From: Macrostomum lignano
Taxonomy: Eukaryota
Length of the DNA stretch: 64,000 bases
Assembly (NCBI GenBank): GCA_002269645.1
Contig: NIVC01002626.1
Coordinates: forward strand, 62,001-126,000
Direction: 5' to 3'
The position numbers were made by a program, and so were the translations under genes. Under the pieces are notes generated by a model. It searched no databases. It saw only the letters and a list, made by a program, of their open reading frames with translations, and was not told the origin of the DNA. Below are positions 24,631 through 36,099 of the stretch, one piece after another. Positions within the stretch are counted from its first letter, which is position 1, and every line of letters starts with the position of its first letter.

Positions 24631-26867
24631 AACTGAAAAATTGCCAGATGCAAATTTGTGCCATCCTAGGACCACTGCTTTTGCCCCAACATGGATCATG
24701 CCACCCCAAGATGTTTGCCCAAAGTACATAAAGATGAATGCATAAAGTATGTGAAGATGACTATAACAAAATTTGGTATCTAGTTTATGTTTTGTCATTT
24801 CAATGTTACTTTCTTACATTGTTATAAACTCAAGAGTTAAGATGCAAGTTATCCCCATTGAGAAAATAATTTACCAAACAATTTTACAGGGTAGCCACTT
24901 TTTGTTACTGAATTAATTGTCATTAAAATATTTTGTCACCAAGTGACTATATCTAAAAAATGCACCACATGCACCAATGACCTTATCTAATAGAAAAAAC
25001 TTGGGTAGAAGCCATTGGCAAAAATGACAAATAGGATATGCCTAGCCTAGGCCCTATAAATCTCTTGGTAAATAAGTGTGAGTGCATTGTCAATAGCTAG
25101 AAAGCCAACAAGGGGCCCTAGGGGTTAGGAGACAATTGCTTAAATGCTATTTTGCTGCTTTTCTTTTTAGTAGCTTATATATAGTATATTATTCTATTGA
25201 CTATTGTCATAGTGATATTCAATATTATAAAGACCCTATTGAATCAATGATATAAATGTAGGTATTGCCTAATGTTAGAATTGTGTGTATAAATATACAT
25301 TGGAATGAAAATTGCTTCCCTAGCTGTTAAATACCTATGTATACCAATAGACTTTTATTGCACTTAAAATAGGCCTATGCAAAGACTACTTAATAGTAAT
25401 ATAATGCAGAACTCTTTTCTGCCCATTCAGTGTAATTTTTTTTGAAGGCTAGCTTGCCGGAGTATTTTTTAAAGAGAATAATTCCTATAGTTTTTTTAAA
25501 ATGCTCAATAATTTTATGTTTGCTATTCAGTCTATTTGAGAGATTAATTTATTTAGCAAAAAAGCAATTTATTATAGATATTGTTACCAGCAGGTAAAAG
25601 AAAATAAGAAGAAAATAAAAAAGGAATCAATGCAAAGAAATTGTTAATTGTATTATATTGTGTAGCAGTTTTCATTAATCAATGCAAAGAAATTGTTAAC
25701 TGTAAATATTGCATAGCAGTTTTCATTATTTTTAAGACAGCACAGATAAGTAACAAAAGTATCAAACTATCAGATGGCAAATTAATTTAGCTAATTCGGT
25801 TTGAAGATAGCTTTTGTATCTTCTGTTGGCATGCTGCAGTTGTTTAGATTGTCCAAGTCCTTGTGTTGCTTTACCTAGCCTGAGAAAAAGGTGTTCACTA
25901 GGTGATAGGCAATTGGCAAGACACTTGAATGTGAATCCATTTGATTTGTAAGCAAAGCACAATACTCGGTGGATTCAATTGGCATATCCACAGGCACTGA
26001 AGGATATGAAGATCGCAAATGCCAGTAAGGTAAAATCAAAAACCCCATCTTGGAAACTTTAGCTTCCTACAAGAGACCATCATTGTAAACTTGCTGTCAT
26101 TAGCTGATGTTTGGGATGGCGATTCATCATTGACTTTGATGTTCTCATTGAAGCAGACATAGCTGGCCACATAGAACAGCATTTGCCACTCAATCTCTGA
26201 GACATTTTTGGTGTGACCATAAGCATCATCAATCCAAATAAACTCTACATCATCCAATACTGATGTGTAGCAGTCTTCCAGAAGCATTCAAAGGAGCTTC
26301 CACTAAAATCTCCAGCTTGTGAAACAGACAAGGATGCTGTACTTTTAGACTAGATAGCACTTGCTCCACAGATACATAGTAGAAGCCTCCTGACAGCTGG
26401 CAAATGTCTCCAAAGCTGCCCTCCAACAAATCCATCTAGAAATCTCCAAGCAACACATAGTGAGTTGCAGAATCAGCTAGAAGAGTTTGTCTGGCATCAA
26501 AAATACCACGCAATGTGTGCACCATTCCTTGCTTGGTATCTGAAGTCAGAGAATGGTGACAGCAATTTCCTGTTCTAGTCATTTTATCAATTAAGTCCGC
26601 TGCTAGTAGAAGGTAACAGAAGCTTTGGTGGTCTATTCAGCGGCTCCCTGTCAGGATCATTGAGTTTGATGTGTCCTGTCAGTGTCTTGACATTCAACAT
26701 TTTCCAGCAGCGCAGGACAATCCTGATGAATTTGGCAGTTGTGGAATATCCATCCTGCTCAAGTGCTGCCACTGTTTTGTTATTAACACCTTGGTCATAA
26801 AAGACACTTTCTGGCATTTGGTGCTTGAAAGAAAACAGGAAGCATAAGTTAATGCTATTCTCTGAAT

Positions 26868-27162
26868 CATACATGCGCAACCTCCAAAATTCGGTCGGCC
26901 ATGCGACTTAGTTTTAACAAAAATGCGACATACTGGTAGTTTTAGTCCAAAAATGCGAAAAAAAACCCTAAAGCAAAATTAACGCAACTTTGGGTAAACG
27001 GCAGGAGTAACTATGACTGTATTATTAAGCCAAAATGCCTCGTCAGATACTTAGTACTACTACTTCGGTGTTTTTTTGGGTGGGAATTTTTGCGACTTCC
27101 TTGGTTGGCCACCAAATCAGTTGGCCAGATCGGCCGACTCGGCCGACTGTTGCGCATGTATG
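26868..27162. mobile_element. 295-bp MITE inserted in the P transposase; 14-bp TIRs, 8-bp TSD
   Basis: CATACATGCGCAAC (26868-81) / GTTGCGCATGTATG (27149-62); flanks CTCTGAAT / CTCTTAAT (7 of 8 match). Confidence 0.8.
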
Positions 27163-27310
27163 CTCTTAATGCTGAGTTCCCTTTCAGATTTGTACATAGA
27201 AAGTACATTAGAAAAGGAGCCACACATGGTGCAATTGGATCCAGGAACTGCAAGCTCTAGTTTTTGTTCTGCTTCACTAAGCTAGTTATTGTAGAGATTT
27301 TTCATTAGGT

Positions 27311-28101
27311 GGGCCATTCCATATAATTATTTTTACTTATAAAATGAAATCTAATAATAGAATATACTAAACCAATATTTTGAATGAAAGATTATTTTGT
27401 CAAGAATATGTTTATGAAGTTTCATATAGATATCATCATTAGTATAGATGCTATTAAACCTTGAATGGTACTTATGGTTGTAACAACAGGATTTTTGACA
27501 TATAGAAACTAAAAGGTAAAAGTATTATAACATTTTTCATTTTTGATATTTTGCAATAATTTTTTTAAATTTGACTAAGAACATCTTTAGAAGTCATACT
27601 CTTTTATTAAAATATATAAACTTAAAAAGGCAACAAAGATACAAAAGAAAAGGCAGCATTATGATCGTAATATTATTCTGCTTATTATTAAATATGTTAC
27701 GAAAAATATGGTCGTAACATATTTTTCTCTGTCAATTCAGTAACTTTGAAGTACTAATATATTAAAAATATAATAGATTATATGGTTCCTAATGTTTTTA
27801 TCTGATGATGCAAGTACTATAATTTTATATATAGTTTGTTTTAACTTCTAAAGCTTTCTATTTGTTTTTAAAAGGTACATAAACTTAATGATGTCTTTTG
27901 CTTAGAAAATGTCCAATAACTTGATAACTTTTTGCCAATTGATAACATACTAATCCAACATTTTATCTTTTATTTATTCTTAGATTGTATACATTACATA
28001 CAAAAAAGATATGGTAAAAAATTGGCTAATAAGGCAATGACAAGCAAAAATATTGACTTTTTTCTATTTTATAAATATGTCCATCTTATATGGAATGGGC
28101 C
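27311..28101. mobile_element. 791-bp AT-rich non-autonomous element inserted in the P transposase; 4-bp TSD
   Basis: Ends GGGCCATTCCATATAA / TTATATGGAATGGGCC (1 mismatch); TSD AGGT at 27307-10 and 28102-05. Removal restores LFLFCNIVHLMKNLYNN. Confidence 0.85.
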
Positions 28102-31100
28102 AGGTGGACTATGTTGCAAAAAAGAAACAATGGCTTATTGGGAAGCTCCAGATGACTAACCCTCTATGGAGTCAAAGAATCCTAACCAAACTCATCTCAA
28201 AACAACTAGAAGCAGTGGCTGTTTGTGCATAGTGAGTCGTTAATAACAGCAAAAATGCAACCTCTGCATTCATGAACCAGACAAATGAGGCACAGTAACT
28301 CTTTGTAATAGAATTCAGCATTTAAAGTAAAGACTAGTATCATTCAAATGATAAATGATTGTACAAGATTGCGATCTAGGCAATCAATTGAGTATCCAAA
28401 GATATGGCAGGGCGGTCCAAAGACGCAGCAGGGAGGCGAGCGTCGCCCATTCTGCTACCAAAGATATGACACCCATTGTACTGAATCAAAGGCTTTATGT
28501 ACATTTTATCTACAAGGAGTAGAAACACTCTCTGAAGTCTGAAGCACTTTTCCAGAATTGCCATGATAGTATGCTTGGCATCCATTGGCATCTATACTAC
28601 CAACAAAGGCAAGTGAGCCTATTTTAGACTTGATGGTCTACGGGTGTGGCAGTGGAAGCAGTTGCCACATGCTCTGATACATGCTTTGACTTGCAAGAAG
28701 AAGCTTGGTAGCTACCTTCAATGTCACTGGTTCATATTGTCTTTGCTGAGGTGGAACATCAAGGAGTGCTATTTGCTTGCTGAGTAAAGAATACGCCTTT
28801 AGTCTTTCAGACTTGCTTTTAGACTCCTCCATGTTGTGGTTTTCTGCAACTGTTTCACTAATTCACTTTTTGAACTTGTCAAGCAGCTGATGCACAGTTC
28901 TCCTCCAGAGTTCAATTTAAGTTTTGGAGCCAATGAACCTGAGGAAAGAGATAGGAGAGATTCTCTATTTGTTCTTTCCCTCAAATTTTTAGGCTAGCTT
29001 CATAAATATCATAAATCATAAAAATAGTTTCCTAGGTCCAATTGAATTAAAAAATAGACTGCTAAATATGCAGTTTATAGACTGCTATTTATTTCTAAAT
29101 AGGAAAATAAGATCACAAAAGTACTTAAAGTTTTTTAAACCCCTTTAGTCTTTCAATACTTACCACTGCTTTTGACTGTGACCATTGCTCAAGATGGTGC
29201 TAACAGCCAAGGATATTGTGGACTACGATGGGTTCAATGGAAAGTCGATGGCTTGCAGTCAAATTAATTGTTGGTTGCAGTTTAATAGTGAATGTAACTT
29301 TGTTGTCATCAGATATAAAGTCCAGATTTGCAAATTCTTCATTTGACTTTAATGTCAGGTCTCTTGATTTGGAGAAGTTGGGCAGTCCCGCAATAAGTTC
29401 TTTCCAGTCAACGATGCAATCAATCTTATTAAACTCATTGAGCTCATTTGCAATCTCATTTCTGGTTTTTATTATCACTTTTGTGGCATCAACTTGTCTG
29501 TCTGACAATGGTGCAGTCTGCTTCAAAAAGTTCTTTGAGGCATTAAAGATAGACATAGGGTCTCTTGGTCACCAAAAGCACTTAACTTTTATCATAATTG
29601 CATCTGCAGGCCAATGTCTTTGGCAAATTCTAGTGTTATCTGTTAGAGTGATAAAATTTGGCAGAGCTGATAGCCGCCACTGATGAGACTCCGTATCCTT
29701 TGGGAGACTAGATGGGAACATAGGCCTTGGTTTGCAGCTTGCTGTCATAATTGCCTTTACAATTTCCAAGGCTGCATTTGAACACAATGTCTTGTTCTTC
29801 TTAGCAAAATATGATAATAAAAAATCATTGTTCCTTAGACAGGATCCAAGTTGCAACTCTTGCCTCTTAAATTTAACAGTATACACATGCATGTATGCAA
29901 AGCCTCTTGAATGAGTCATTTTATGTATGCTTTAGTTGTGAACCTGCACTGAGTGGCCACCCAGAAAAGCCCAGTCAAATGTACAGAAAAAGTTTAAAAA
30001 ACTGGGACTCTGATAGTTGGGGTGTTGGGCTTCGAAGTTTTCCTTCTCCAAAATATGAATCAGTTTTAAGACTCAGAGAAGCCAGCCTTCAAAAATGTTT
30101 ACACTGAATGCTCAGACTAGCATCCTATAGTATATTACTATTAAGTAGTCTTTGGCCTATGCCAAAACAAAAATGAAAATTGACAACCAATACTTTGGTT
30201 CTTAGGGTTAAAACCTAAACAACGAAACAACCATAACCCTAACCCTATAACATTTTAATATTTATAAAAAGATTAATAAAAACATTATTTTTACAATTTT
30301 ATAATTTTTAATATAATTTTGTTGCTAAGAACATGAATATGATCATAGAAGCATTGAGTATTAGACAAATAGTCTAAAAAAACGTATATTGTACTCTTAT
30401 ATATATTGTTTACTTAATTTGTTTTTTTATTTGTTTATTTAATTGTTGCATTCTAGGTTTGTGTATACACTATACACGGTGAGCATATGCACCCTGAATT
30501 TTTATATCACACCTTGAAATTACACTCTGAGCCTTACACCCTAAAATTGGGCACAGGGTTTGATTTTGAACCTTGTCTCTGGCAAAAACACAGTCTGCAT
30601 TTATTTATATAGATAATAGAGTAAAACATAAGAGAGAAAATAAGAAATAGAAAAGAAAGGAAAATGATTAAGGTCTCAAAGGAAAGTGAAAGAAAAGCAA
30701 ATGAGGCAAAAAGATAAAGATTAGAAAATAAAAAGTAATAAAGGAAGAATGAAAAAGAGAAAAACCATAGTTTCTTTCACTTTTTCTTTATCTTAGCTTG
30801 CAAGTATGTAAACTTTTTTGCTTACCAAAAAGCACTTGAATTTGGCTGCATCAAAGTACATTTCTTTATAAAGATAAATTGTAAATGGTTTGAATGTGGA
30901 ACCACTCTTGTCCTAAAGAAAGTATGGCAAAAGCCATTTGTTGTTGGGAAGTTCAATTATGGCCATGTGAAAATGATGCCTTTTAAGTTAATTTTATCTT
31001 CTCGTTTTTTTGTTGTAAGAAACAATTATTAGTTTGCAATTTCATTTAGTAGTTTTTATATCAAATCTTTCTATACTACATATTCTATATCAATAGTAGC

Positions 31101-31283
31101 AAACAGCCTCCAGTTAGTGGGTGATAGGTGGTCACCTTTCTTCAGCGGTACGGCTGTGCATTTGACTTTCTAATCGTCAGGAATGTGGCTGTGTACAGGA
31201 AGCGAACATGATAGCGTGTTAAATGATTTTCTATAAAATTAGAATACAAAAACTTAGCCGATTTAATTGCATGCCTAACAGCC

Positions 31284-31745
31284 ATGAACAGCCTGACTGT
31301 CACTGAGCCAGTTATTGGTCTATTGGTCTATGATCGATTTCTCAATGGGATTCGCCGCCTCGTGGCCAGAGCGGGACCCCAGCAGTCAGCTGAATCGACT
31401 GCGCCAGCCGCTGTGCTGCTAAAATTGGAAGAATCAGCATTTCGAGAATTTGTTGCTACGTGCGGATTAGCTGAATCGAGTGTTAAGCCTGAGAATATTC
31501 GACAGTGCTCAGCTGTTCACCTGTTGCCGGGTGTTGGCACAGGTCTGCTCAATGCCGATATGCTGGCTATTCGAATTGGCGGAAATAACGGTGTGATTGG
31601 GCAGAGACGAGGATTCCGAACTTCGACATCTAGACGGTCCAGTGATGGCCAGCAACAGCAGTATCGCTACACTGGCATTGGCAAGCGGGCTGGCGGCCAG
31701 CGACCGTCTGCTGGGATCAGCTTGGGACGCATTTTCAGCGGACAG
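31284..31745 (+). CDS. YME1L1: YME1L/i-AAA protease exon 1 (N-terminal region)
   Basis: Open frame with QRRGFRT, resembling the RGFKT motif of YME1L N-termini. Donor CAG|GTATGC, phase 0. Start codon not independently confirmed. Confidence 0.7.
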
Positions 31746-31772
31746 GTATGCTGTGCAGATTCACTGTGCTTT

Positions 31773-31895
31773 CAGTTGCTGGGCCAGCCTCCCAGATCCT
31801 CAGTTGCTGGGCCAGCCTCCCAGCTCCATCCTCAGTTGCTGGGCGAACCTCCTAAATCCTTAGTTGCTGGGCCAACCTCTCAGATTCTTAGTTGC
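31773..31895. repeat. 28-bp minisatellite, same family as 3677-3888, in YME1L intron 1
   Basis: CAGTTGCTGGGCCAGCCTCCCAGATCCT at 31773 and 31801, plus two or three degenerate copies. Confidence 0.9.
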
Positions 31896-32466
31896 TCTCG
31901 CATAAAATTCGCCATCACCGCCCATCAATCCAGTCGGATTCGGCCGCAACGCAGCAGCACCATCAGCTGTACAGTCAACATCCCGGCGAGCATGTCGACA
32001 CAGCCCAATCGTCATCGTCAGGCGCAGCCAGCGCCCAGATGCAGAATCTTCTTCGCTCGGTGTCGCGCGATTTACCGCTGGATGCGCACGGCCAGAGCGC
32101 GGTCCTGCTACGCCTAGTAGACGCTTACACTCGCGGCGTACGCGACGGTGTCGGACACTCTGGCAGCGGCGGCGGCGGCACGGACAGCAGACAGCGTCGT
32201 GTGTCGGAATCTGCGTGGAAGTTTTTCTTGGGCATGCTGAAGACTGCGTCAGTTGTTGGTGCCCTGTACCTGCTAGTCAGTCTGCTGAACCCCAGGGACT
32301 CGCTCAGCAAAGTGATGCTAACGGATATCAGCGTTCAGAAGGAGACTAGTAAAGTTCGATTCGACGATGTGCGCGGCTGCGACACCGCCAAGAGGGAACT
32401 GGAAGATGTTGTCGAGTTTCTGAAGCATCCGGAAGATTTCCAACGAATTGGGGCTCGACTGCCAAG
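31892..32466 (+). CDS. YME1L1: YME1L exon 2: TM helix and start of AAA domain
   Basis: [22 protein letters not shown] (TM); [37 protein letters not shown]. Donor AG|GTCAGT, phase 2. Acceptor 31891 chosen; 31933 is an in-frame alternative. Confidence 0.88.
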
Positions 32467-32629
32467 GTCAGTCAGTGAACTGTCAAATTTCTAATATGAA
32501 GTATCAAATTTCTTGTGAAGGAAATTTCTCATTTGATAAAGAGAAATTTCCTTGGAAAATGGTGATGTTCTGCTTGACTAGATGGAATATTCCTAAAAAA
32601 TAATTTCCCATCCTACGGAAGGGAATTTT

Positions 32630-33060
32630 CCTATTATCTTGTACGAGAATTCCTCGCTTGGCAGAGGGGAATTTTCTTATTATCTTGCACGAGAATTCCT
32701 CGCTTGGCAGAGGGGAATTTTCTTATTATCTTGTACGAGAATTCCTCGCTTGGCAGAGGGGAATTTTCTTATTATCATGTACGACAATTCTTCGCTTGGC
32801 AGAGGGGAATTTTCTTAGGGAACCGAGAATTCCTCGTTTGGCGGAGGGAATTTTCTTAGGGAACCGAGAATTCCTCGTTTGGCGGAGGGAATTTTCTTAG
32901 GGAACCGATCATTCCTCTCTTGGTAGAGGGGAATTTTCTTATTGTCTTGTACGAGAAGTCCTCGCTTTGCAGAGGGGAATTTTCTTAGGGAACTGAGAAT
33001 TCCTGGCTTGGCAGAGGGGAATTTTCTTAGGGAACTGAGAATTCCTGGCTTGGCATAGAA
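32630..33060. repeat. 41-46 bp minisatellite (GAGAATTCCTCGCTTGGCAGAGGGGAATTTTCTT...) in YME1L intron 2
   Basis: About 10 tandem units with two tail variants. Confidence 0.9.
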
Positions 33061-33215
33061 ACTTTTCTAGGAAATCAAAATTTTTTCTATTTACAAAGTG
33101 GAATTTTTCTATGAAATCGTGAATTCCTTGTTTAATAAAGAGGAATTTCTTCGTCTATGTAAGAAGAAGCAATCCTCTAGCAATACAAAGATTATTTCAA
33201 ATGCACATCCATTAG

Positions 33216-33683
<468 letters not shown>

Positions 33684-33713
33684 TGAGTTAAGTCGGATCA
33701 TCTGTAAGGGCGC

Positions 33714-34255
33714 GGTGGGTCATGGGTCATTCGGTTAGGTCAGGTGGGTCATGGGTCATTCGGTTAGGTCAGGTGGGTCATGGGTCATTCGGTTAGGTCA
33801 GGTGGGTCATGGGTCATTCGGTTAGGTCAGGTGGGTCATGGGTCATTCGGTTAGGTCAGGTGGGTCATGGGTCATTCGGTTAGGTCAGGTGGGTCATGGG
33901 TCATTCGGTTAGGTCAGGTGGGTCATGGGTCATTCGGTTAGGTCAGGTGGGTCATGGGTCATTCGGTTAGGTCAGGACCAGGTGGGTTATGGGTCATTAG
34001 TCATTTGATTAGGTCAGGTGGGTTTTGGGTCATTAGTCATTTGATTAGGTCAGGTGGGTTATGGGTCGTTTGGTTAGGTCAGGTGGGTTATGGGTCATTA
34101 GTCATTTGATTAGGTCAGGTGGGTTATGGGTCATTTGGTTAGGTCAGGTTGGATCATTAGTCATTCGACTAGGTAGGTCAGGTAGGTCATTAGTCATTCG
34201 ATTAGGTCAGGTACTAAGTCATTAGTCATTAAGTTATGGTGGTTCATGGGTCATT
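33714..34255. repeat. 29-bp minisatellite (GGTGGGTCATGGGTCATTCGGTTAGGTCA) in YME1L intron 3
   Basis: About 9 perfect copies to ~33975, then degenerate. Confidence 0.95.
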
Positions 34256-34394
34256 GATCATTATCTTAACTTTCTGTAGATGCTTATATATTAATTAAGA
34301 TTGGGTTCTATAAGAAAACTAAGTTCACCCATTAGTCATACCACTCATGCCTGTGTGGTATAACAACAATTTACGCTGTACCTATCTTCCGCAG

Positions 34395-34613
34395 GTGCAC
34401 CTACCAGACCTAGTTGGCCGAACCAGCATCCTGGAGCTGTACCTCAGCAAAGTGTCCATCGCTGACGATGTGGACATTGACCGTCTTGCCAAAATCACAA
34501 TCGGCTTCTCCGGAGCTCAGTTAGCCAACGTTATTAATCAGGGCGCAGTCATTGCCGCTCTGGAACGGGAGCAGTGCGTCAATTGGAGGCATATTCAGAC
34601 TGCTTATAATAAA
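34395..34613 (+). CDS. YME1L1: YME1L exon 4: AAA lid
   Basis: gcag|VHLPDLVGRTSILELYLSKV...TIGFSGAQLANVINQGA...AYNK|GTGCGT; phase 0/0. Confidence 0.95.
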
Positions 34614-34734
34614 GTGCGTTTAATTTTCGTCTACATTTATGAGCAAATTATGTATATAGCTAAATTTGTCGGGCAATGGTTTATGCTACTTATTAAGCAA
34701 GTAGCTTTTGTGATTTTTTCTAAGGAAGTACGTA

Positions 34735-35585
34735 GGTCACCTGCTCTCGTTTTGGGTCACCTGATCTCATAGTAGGTCACCTGCTCTCATATTGGGTCAC
34801 CTGAACTCATAGTGGGTCACCTGATCTCATATTGGGTCATTTGATCTCATAGTAGGTCACCTGATCTCATATTGGGTCATTTGATCTCATAGTAGGTCAC
34901 TTGATCTCATATTGGGTCACCTGATCTCATAGTAGGTCACCTGATCTCATATTGGGTCATTTGATCTCATAGTAGGTCACCTGATCTCGTATTGGGTCAC
35001 CTGATCTCATAGTAGGTCACCTGATCTCATATTGGGTCATTTGATCTCATAGTAGGTCACCTGATCTCATATTGGGTCATTTGATCTCATAGTAGGTCAC
35101 CTGATCTCATATTGGGTCATTTGATCTCATAGTAGGTCACCTGATCTCGTATTGGGTCATTTGATCTCATAGTAGGTCACCTGATCTCATATTGGGTCAT
35201 TTGATCTCATAGTAGGTCACCTGATCTCATATTGGGTCACCTGATTTCAAAGTAGGTCACCTGCTCTTGTTTTGGGTCACCTGATCTCATAGTAGGTCAC
35301 CTGATCTCATATTGGGTCATTTGATCTCATAGTAGGTCACCTGATCTCATATTGGGTCACCTGATTTCAAAGTAGGTCACCTGCTCTCGTTTTGGGTCAC
35401 CTGCTCTCGTTTTGGGTCACCTGATCTCATAGTAGGTCACCTGATTTCATAGTAGGTCACCTGATCTCATAATAGATCACTTGATCTCATATTGGGTCAC
35501 CTGATCTCATAGTAGGTCACCTGATATCATAGTAGGTCACCTGATCTCATAGTAGATCACCTGATCTCACAGTGGGTCACCTGAC
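34735..35585. repeat. 20-bp minisatellite (GGTCAYYTGATCTCATAKTR, alternating 40-bp dimer) in YME1L intron 4
   Basis: About 42 units; agta and attg tails alternate. Confidence 0.95.
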
Positions 35586-35628
35586 TCATAAAACTGAGAT
35601 TTAACCTCCCTCTTTACCCCCCCCCCAG

Positions 35629-35973
35629 GTTCGCATGGGCACAGTTGGCAACAAGCCTCGAACTCCGCACGTCAACACGATGACGGCGGCGCACGAGTCT
35701 GGCCACACTCTCGTGGCCCTGTTCACCAAGGACGCGCCGAAAGTGAATCACGTGACCATCCTACCGCGCGGCCTCAGTCTGGGCCACACCGCCCCTCTGC
35801 CTGACGAGGCCGACCAGTTTGGCAGTAGGAAATCGCAGATCCTGGCCCAGATTGACATGTTTATGGGCGGCCAAGCTGCCGAGGAGCTCATGTTCGGGCC
35901 GGACTCTGTCACCACCGGCTGTTCTAGCGATCTGCAACAGGCTACTCAACTGGCTCGGTCTATGGTTGAGAAA
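35629..35973 (+). CDS. YME1L1: YME1L exon 5: M41 peptidase with HExxH
   Basis: ccag|VRMG...TAAHESGHTLVA...TILPRGLSLGHT...GGQAAEELMFG...TTGCSSDLQQAT.LAR.MVEK|GTGAGA. Confidence 0.97.
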
Positions 35974-36099
35974 GTGAGAAAGTGTTTTGTGAGGGCGGGG
36001 GGTTCGAGCGCATTTTGTACGAGAGTTAGAGATTTGCCGTTTTCTGTGCGCCTCTCTGTGTCTGTCTATTTTTGCCTGTCTTCATGTCTGTCTGCCTGT

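Larger units (their letters stand above)
25800..29800 (-). pseudogene. THAP9/P-element-type transposase pseudogene
   Basis: THAP: KCSLGNCKGNY...LPKD...W...ICQRHW...PRDPMSIF; then LLPLPHP, LLVDKMYIKP, VHLMKNLYNN, FIRIVLRCWKMLNVK, YVLLGDF*MDLLEGSFG...QLSGG.YYVSV.QVL, LFYVASYV. Many stops and frameshifts plus two MITE insertions. Confidence 0.9.
25380..30154 (-). mobile_element. P-superfamily (THAP) DNA transposon, 4775 bp, non-functional
   Basis: 24-bp TIRs CAAAGACTACTTAATAGTAATATA (25380-403; complement 30131-154). 7-bp TSD GCCTATG at 25373-79 and 30155-61. Confidence 0.9.

Noticed and set aside
12897-25056. TAGGGCCTA / TAGGCCCTA as hAT TIRs of a 12-kb element
   Set aside because: Only 9 bp match, and the flanks (ATAATTGT vs TAAATCTC) give no TSD.
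30195-30250. Telomere-like TAACCCTAACCC
   Set aside because: Only about two units; too short for an interstitial telomere call.
32630-33060. Common origin with the 35-bp array at 185-1620
   Set aside because: Similarity is limited to short GAGGGGAATT/GAATTCC words, with different periods and opposite orientation.
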